64,000 nt of DNA from Candidatus Zixiibacteriota bacterium (GTDB lineage Bacteria > Zixibacteria > MSB-5A5 > GN15 > JAAZOE01): the NCBI GenBank assembly GCA_043819555.1, contig JBDREQ010000025.1:92503-156502 (forward strand), given 5' to 3'. How positions within the stretch are numbered: position 1 is the first letter of the stretch; each line of letters starts with the position of its first letter. Below the pieces are notes generated by a model that was not told the origin of the DNA, ran no database searches, and saw nothing but the letters and a program-made list of their open reading frames with translations. Positions 60,743 through 64,000 of this stretch are shown here, in pieces. Both the position numbers and the translations under genes were made by a program.

Positions 60743-63427
60743 ATGAGCAAACGAAAGAGCCGAAATAAAAAAATATCTCATAGAAGAAAATCGCGCTTAA
60801 GCTCTATTCAGCCTGATGAAAATAACCTGAGACGACAATTGGAAAAAAATCCAGGGGACGACGATGCGCGATATCAACTGGCTCAATACTACTTTGAATC
60901 AAAACATGCTGAGAAAGCTCTCGAAATTGCCCTGCCGCTTGCTCAAAATATCCCAGAACAAAATAAAAACAAAAAAGCGATAATTTATCGTTTTATTGCC
61001 TTTGCGGCTCTTTATGCCAATAGACTCGAAGAAGCTGAGGCATATTCAAAACAAGGAATCGTACTTGCGTATCATTCTCTCGATTTTTATTTTGTCGCCG
61101 CAATAACATCCGCCCGCCTAAATAAATTTGAATCGGCCAAAAAATATGCGGAAACATATCTGGATATTTGGGGCATGATAGACCATGGCGATAAAATAGC
61201 CAATCCCCTCAATCTTTCCTATAATATGAAATATCAGCTTCTCAGCGCTTACGGTGCCATTTTAAATGAATTGAATGACAGGGAAAAGGCCGAACAGGTT
61301 TTAATGGAAGCGATAGAAAATAATCGGGGGTTCGAACCAAGCTATATCAATCTTGCGGTTCTTTACAAATCACAAGGAGATTTTACAAAGGCATTTGATA
61401 TAATAAAGCAAGGTCTAAAATCCAATCCTAATTCTCCCAAACTGCGGAAAATGATCGACTGGTCTGACAATCGGGCTACAATTTCGGCCTGCATGATAGT
61501 GAAAGACGAAGAAGAATTTCTGCCGCGATGTTTGAAATCAATCAAGGATGTAGTTGACGAAATTATCCTCGTCGATACCGGATCGACCGATCGCACTATC
61601 GAAATTGCCAAAGAATTCGGCTGCAATATTTATCATTATCCATGGAAAGGTGATTTTTCCTCAGCGCGAAACGAATCCATGAAGTACGCCACCAAAGACT
61701 GGATTTTTATTATCGATGCCGATGAAGAACTTCCACCTGAAGAAATACCCCAGTTAAGACTTGTTACCAGTCAAAATGAGTTTGATATTATATCAATTTC
61801 GGTAATCAATAAAAATCTGGAATCTGGTCAGGTGACTTCTTTCTTACCTTCGGTTCGGCTGGTAAAAAGACATCTCGATTTGAAATATTACGGCATCGTC
61901 CACAACCGGCTTGATATTCCAAAAGACCTGCTCGCTTTGCGAAGCGAGATTCAGCTATTTCATTATGGGTATGATATCGCCCAAGACAAACTGGATAAAA
62001 AACTGAAGCGGTCAAAGGAACTTTTGGATAAACAGCTGGAGAAAAACCCAGATGATGTTTATGCCAATTTTAATATGGCCCAGCTTCTCCGGGGATATAA
62101 AAACTCATCCAGTGAGGAAATTAGCCATAAAATTGTCGAACATGCCAACCGTGTCATAAATAATCCCGATTCAAAAAAACCGATGTATTTCGGGCAACGA
62201 ATAATGGCCCTTTATCAAAAAGCAATCGGTCTTTGTGCCTTGCGAAAATATGAAGAAGCGGAGGAGTGTTGCCGGGAAGCGTTAGAAAAGAAGCCCGATT
62301 ACCTTGATCCCATCCTTACTCTGGGTGATATTTATAATTATTTGACCCAATTTGAAAAAGCCAAAAAGTATTACCATTTATATCTGGATTCACAAAAGAG
62401 TTATAACGCGGGGGATGAAAAAGACAATATTATTTTGCATAATCTTGAAGCTCGACATAAAGCCTGGTTTGGATTGGGATTGATAGGCGAAGGGGAGGAC
62501 AATCCGGAGGAAGCGATAAATGCCTTTCGGCACGTTCTGAAAAACAAAGATCCCTACCTTGATACAGGCATGCGTCTTGGCAAATTGTATCTGGATAACC
62601 ATCGCATGGATGAGGCCGAAGGAATATTCCTCAAGGAAATTTCCCGAAATGACGCTGATGCCATTGCATATCATGGTATGGGCTGTGTTATGACAATAAG
62701 GAGAAAAGACTCCGAGGCCATTATATATTTGGGAAAGGCAATTCAATTAAAACCTGATTTTGCGGAATGCCGGCTTATGTTAGGCCAATTACAATCAAAA
62801 TCAGACAATATTGACGAGGGATCAAAAAATATAATTACGGCCGCGGAATCAAACCCCTCAGATTCAGAAATCAATTTTGAAGCGGGAAATAGTCTATTTG
62901 AAATCGGCAATTTTGAAAAATCGATTGACTGTTATACAAGAATTCTGGCGACAAATCCGGATAATGGAAAGGCCCTTAACAATCTGGGAAACTGTTATTT
63001 TAAGATGAATCAATACCAGCGAGCCGTTGAGATATACAATCAATTGCTAAAAATAAATCCGGATTACTGGCCGGCTTACAAGAATCTCGGCCTTTCATAT
63101 TCCCACAATCAGGCCCCTGAAAAAGCCATTCCGGTATTAATGCAATACTCTAATAAAACGCCTGATGATATTGGAATATATAATGTTATGGGATGTTGTA
63201 TGTCGGATTTGGGGAAGTATAATAATGCTATAATGTGCTTTGAAAAATATCTCAAAAGTTATCCCCGCGATTATATCTGTCTTTTAAATATGGCCGATGC
63301 CTATTATAAGCTGGGAGCGATTGACGCCGCTGGGATGGGGTACCGGCAGGTTTTGGAAATTTCTCCCGATTGTTCAATGGCAAGGGAGAGACTTGACCGA
63401 TTGGAAAGCGTTGGGGCGGCAAATTAA
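60743..63427 (+). CDS. TPR-repeat protein with a central GT2 glycosyltransferase domain (candidate flagellin glycosyltransferase)
   Basis: GT2 core ..ISACMIVKDEEEFLPRCLKSI..IILVDTGSTDRT..WKGDFSSARNES..IFIIDADEEL.. is flanked by N- and C-terminal TPR arrays. It lies between fliW and the flagellin gene. Confidence 0.8.
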   Translation: MSKRKSRNKKISHRRKSRLSSIQPDENNLRRQLEKNPGDDDARYQLAQYYFESKHAEKALEIALPLAQNIPEQNKNKKAIIYRFIAFAALYANRLEEAEAYSKQGIVLAYHSLDFYFVAAITSARLNKFESAKKYAETYLDIWGMIDHGDKIANPLNLSYNMKYQLLSAYGAILNELNDREKAEQVLMEAIENNRGFEPSYINLAVLYKSQGDFTKAFDIIKQGLKSNPNSPKLRKMIDWSDNRATISACMIVKDEEEFLPRCLKSIKDVVDEIILVDTGSTDRTIEIAKEFGCNIYHYPWKGDFSSARNESMKYATKDWIFIIDADEELPPEEIPQLRLVTSQNEFDIISISVINKNLESGQVTSFLPSVRLVKRHLDLKYYGIVHNRLDIPKDLLALRSEIQLFHYGYDIAQDKLDKKLKRSKELLDKQLEKNPDDVYANFNMAQLLRGYKNSSSEEISHKIVEHANRVINNPDSKKPMYFGQRIMALYQKAIGLCALRKYEEAEECCREALEKKPDYLDPILTLGDIYNYLTQFEKAKKYYHLYLDSQKSYNAGDEKDNIILHNLEARHKAWFGLGLIGEGEDNPEEAINAFRHVLKNKDPYLDTGMRLGKLYLDNHRMDEAEGIFLKEISRNDADAIAYHGMGCVMTIRRKDSEAIIYLGKAIQLKPDFAECRLMLGQLQSKSDNIDEGSKNIITAAESNPSDSEINFEAGNSLFEIGNFEKSIDCYTRILATNPDNGKALNNLGNCYFKMNQYQRAVEIYNQLLKINPDYWPAYKNLGLSYSHNQAPEKAIPVLMQYSNKTPDDIGIYNVMGCCMSDLGKYNNAIMCFEKYLKSYPRDYICLLNMADAYYKLGAIDAAGMGYRQVLEISPDCSMARERLDRLESVGAAN

Positions 63428-63474
63428 CCCCCTTAATTTCAGCCATTTAATACAAAATACCTTCCAAAAACTTA

Positions 63475-63501
63475 TAAAGTCAAAGCGTAATATGCCGATT
63501 T
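63475..63501 (+). promoter_or_regulatory. Sigma-28 (FliA/SigD-type) promoter for the flagellin gene
   Basis: TAAAGTCA...GCCGATTT with exactly 15 nt between TAAA (63475..63478) and GCCGAT (63494..63499). Confidence 0.6.
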
Positions 63502-63611
63502 AATTAATGAATAAGTAGATAAGTACGGTCACGCTAACCGAACAATAAAAGGAATGGCGGAAGACTTGAATTTTGAATTGAAAAATAAACGATTGTTAAT
63601 AGGAATATTGT

Positions 63612-63681
63612 GCCATGGAGTGGCGGCAATCTTAATCCAAGGACATCGCGGGCATGGACGTCTCGCCATGTTTCAAGGAGG
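63612..63681 (+). promoter_or_regulatory. Candidate CsrA-binding GGA motifs in the flagellin 5' leader
   Basis: GGA sits in the loop of hairpin GCCA-TGGAG-TGGC (63612..63624). AAGGACA is at 63639..63645. Stem CATGG / CCATG spans 63653..63670. AAGGAGG at 63675..63681 overlaps the Shine-Dalgarno sequence. Confidence 0.35.
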
Positions 63682-63689
63682 AAAAGTAA

Positions 63690-64000
63690 ATGTCACTTCG
63701 CATTAACAACAACATTGCTGCAATCAACGCGCACCGCAATTTAACGGGAACCACCAGGTCGTTGGCCGGATCGATGGAAAAGCTCTCATCCGGTTATCGC
63801 ATAAACCGGGCCAGTGATGACCCGGCCGGTTTGGTTATCTCAGAACAGTTCCGTGCTCAAATTGCCGGCCTTGGCCGCGCAATCGAAAACTCGGAAGGTT
63901 CCATTAACATGATTCAGACCGCTGAAGGCGCTCTGAATGAAATGAACAATCTCCTGGTATCCATGAGAGAATTGGCTATTCATGCCGCCAATGAAGGTTT
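63690..64000 (+). CDS. fliC: Flagellin, N-terminal fragment; the 3' end lies outside the window
   Basis: My translation from ATG 63690 is MSLRINNNIAAINAHRNLTGTTRSLAGSMEKLSSGYRINRASDDPAGLVISEQFRAQIAGLGRAIENSEGSINMIQTAEGALNEMNNLLVSMRELAIHAANEG. This is the canonical flagellin D0/D1 N-terminus, and the frame is open to the window end. Confidence 0.9.
   Translation, partial: MSLRINNNIAAINAHRNLTGTTRSLAGSMEKLSSGYRINRASDDPAGLVISEQFRAQIAGLGRAIENSEGSINMIQTAEGALNEMNNLLVSMRELAIHAANEG

Noticed and set aside
1-64000. I looked for CRISPR arrays, rRNA, IS elements, transposases, integrases, prophage genes, toxin-antitoxin pairs and known defence-system signatures.
   Set aside because: I found no regularly spaced repeats, no recombinase or transposase-like ORFs, and no recognisable defence or phage proteins. 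The only repeats are irregular REP-like hairpins. The three AT-rich orphan patches carry no mobility genes.

Overview
This 64-kb window looks like ordinary chromosome from an uncultivated, diderm, moderately AT-rich bacterium. My lineage guess is an FCB-superphylum-like candidate group, at low confidence. That guess rests on a T9SS-type C-terminal sorting domain, cohesin- and dockerin-like modules, a fliW-csrA pair, and sigma-54-type flagellar promoters. Almost all genes are on the + strand.

Layout:
- 1-4.7 kb: type IV pilus motor genes (pilB fragment, pilT, pilC) and a PilS-like kinase.
- 4.8-34.9 kb: housekeeping and envelope genes. These include a SurA-like PPIase, ltaE, split hldA/hldC, an S9 peptidase homologue, a wbpB-like gene, tRNA-His plus hisS, mtnN, an M6 metalloprotease, ilvE-rpiB-glyA, cutA, nrdR, tatC, and tRNA-Gly plus a DUF512 gene plus der. 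Three visibly AT-richer orphan patches interrupt this block.
- 35-40.4 kb: a signalling block with GAF, a PP2C phosphatase fused to an RsbW-like kinase, a STAS protein, a receiver, a histidine kinase and a sigma-54 enhancer-binding protein.
- 40.6-64 kb: a large flagellar locus (motAB, flgBC, fliEFGHIJ, flgFGAHIJ, flgN, flgK, csrA, flgL, fliW, a TPR-glycosyltransferase, and the flagellin 5' end). One opposite-strand T9SS-cargo gene interrupts it.

I saw no CRISPR array, rRNA, transposase, integrase, or recognisable phage or defence genes. I cannot point to a clearly novel multi-gene system.

The observations most worth following up are:
1. A G-1-less tRNA-His (T at -1, G1-U72, A73) sits directly upstream of a divergent long HisRS.
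2. An in-frame TAA splits a GAF/PP2C-kinase partner-switching protein next to the flagellar regulators.
3. A candidate cohesin/dockerin display set links an M6 protease to T9SS-sorted scaffold-like proteins.
4. An S9 peptidase homologue has Arg in place of its nucleophile Ser.
5. The flagellar control circuit is readable from sequence: two TGGCAT-N5-TTGC promoters, a sigma-28 flagellin promoter, and a GGA-rich leader alongside CsrA and FliW.

All family assignments come from motif recognition by eye. No searches or computations were run.
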